The notes under the pieces were generated by a model, which saw only the letters and a list, made by a program, of their open reading frames with translations, did not search any database and was not told where the DNA came from. A program made the translations under genes and the position numbers. A stretch of DNA of 64,000 bases. Source: Antedon mediterranea. Lineage: Eukaryota; Animalia; Echinodermata. Below are positions 63,742-64,000 of the stretch, in pieces. The stretch lies in the NCBI RefSeq assembly GCF_964355755.1, contig NC_092671.1, forward strand, positions 806,001 through 870,000, in the 5' to 3' direction. Within the stretch, counting starts at the first letter, position 1, and each line of letters opens with the position of its first letter.

Positions 63742-64000
63742 CTGTAAGATACGCACCATATGTTTCAATGCTATTATCTGTTTTAGCTGCATGGCTGGAA
63801 ATATAACTTTCAGTAAATAAAATGTTCTTTTAAACTGTAAGTAGGTAAATTTCCTAAATCATTGAAAAACTAAAATATTGTGGGTATGGTGGAAAGAGGT
63901 ATATGGAATGGCTATTCAAGAATAGGTCTATACAAACTGTAAAATTTAAATAAATTGTTATTTATATAAGTTATTAATATTAAAATGATAGATTGTAATA

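Overview
AT-rich, intron-rich animal (probably marine invertebrate/deuterostome) genomic DNA; no prokaryotic features. Two head-to-tail minus-strand genes encode DCC/neogenin/protogenin-family Ig+FN3 receptors. Gene B enters from the right edge (Ig2 exon 63597-63741) and runs to its stop at 26731 with Ig2-4, five FN3 domains, a TM helix and an acidic tail, i.e. protogenin-like. Gene A starts at ATG 19792 (signal peptide, Ig1-4, FN3-1/2) and leaves the left edge. All exons were traced by hand with GT-AG borders and consistent phases. Introns hold many unrelated minisatellites and transposable elements: a 5S+tRNA composite SINE, a Penelope-like fragment with inverted pLTRs and a variant hammerhead motif, a 9-bp-TSD MULE-like element carrying a foldback, two Kolobok-like TTAA elements, Harbinger-like MITEs, and a CR1 LINE whose PHD-finger ORF1 part is fused in frame to an endonuclease-truncated but intact-RT ORF, inserted inside a 63-bp satellite. 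Family assignments come from motif recognition, not database searches.
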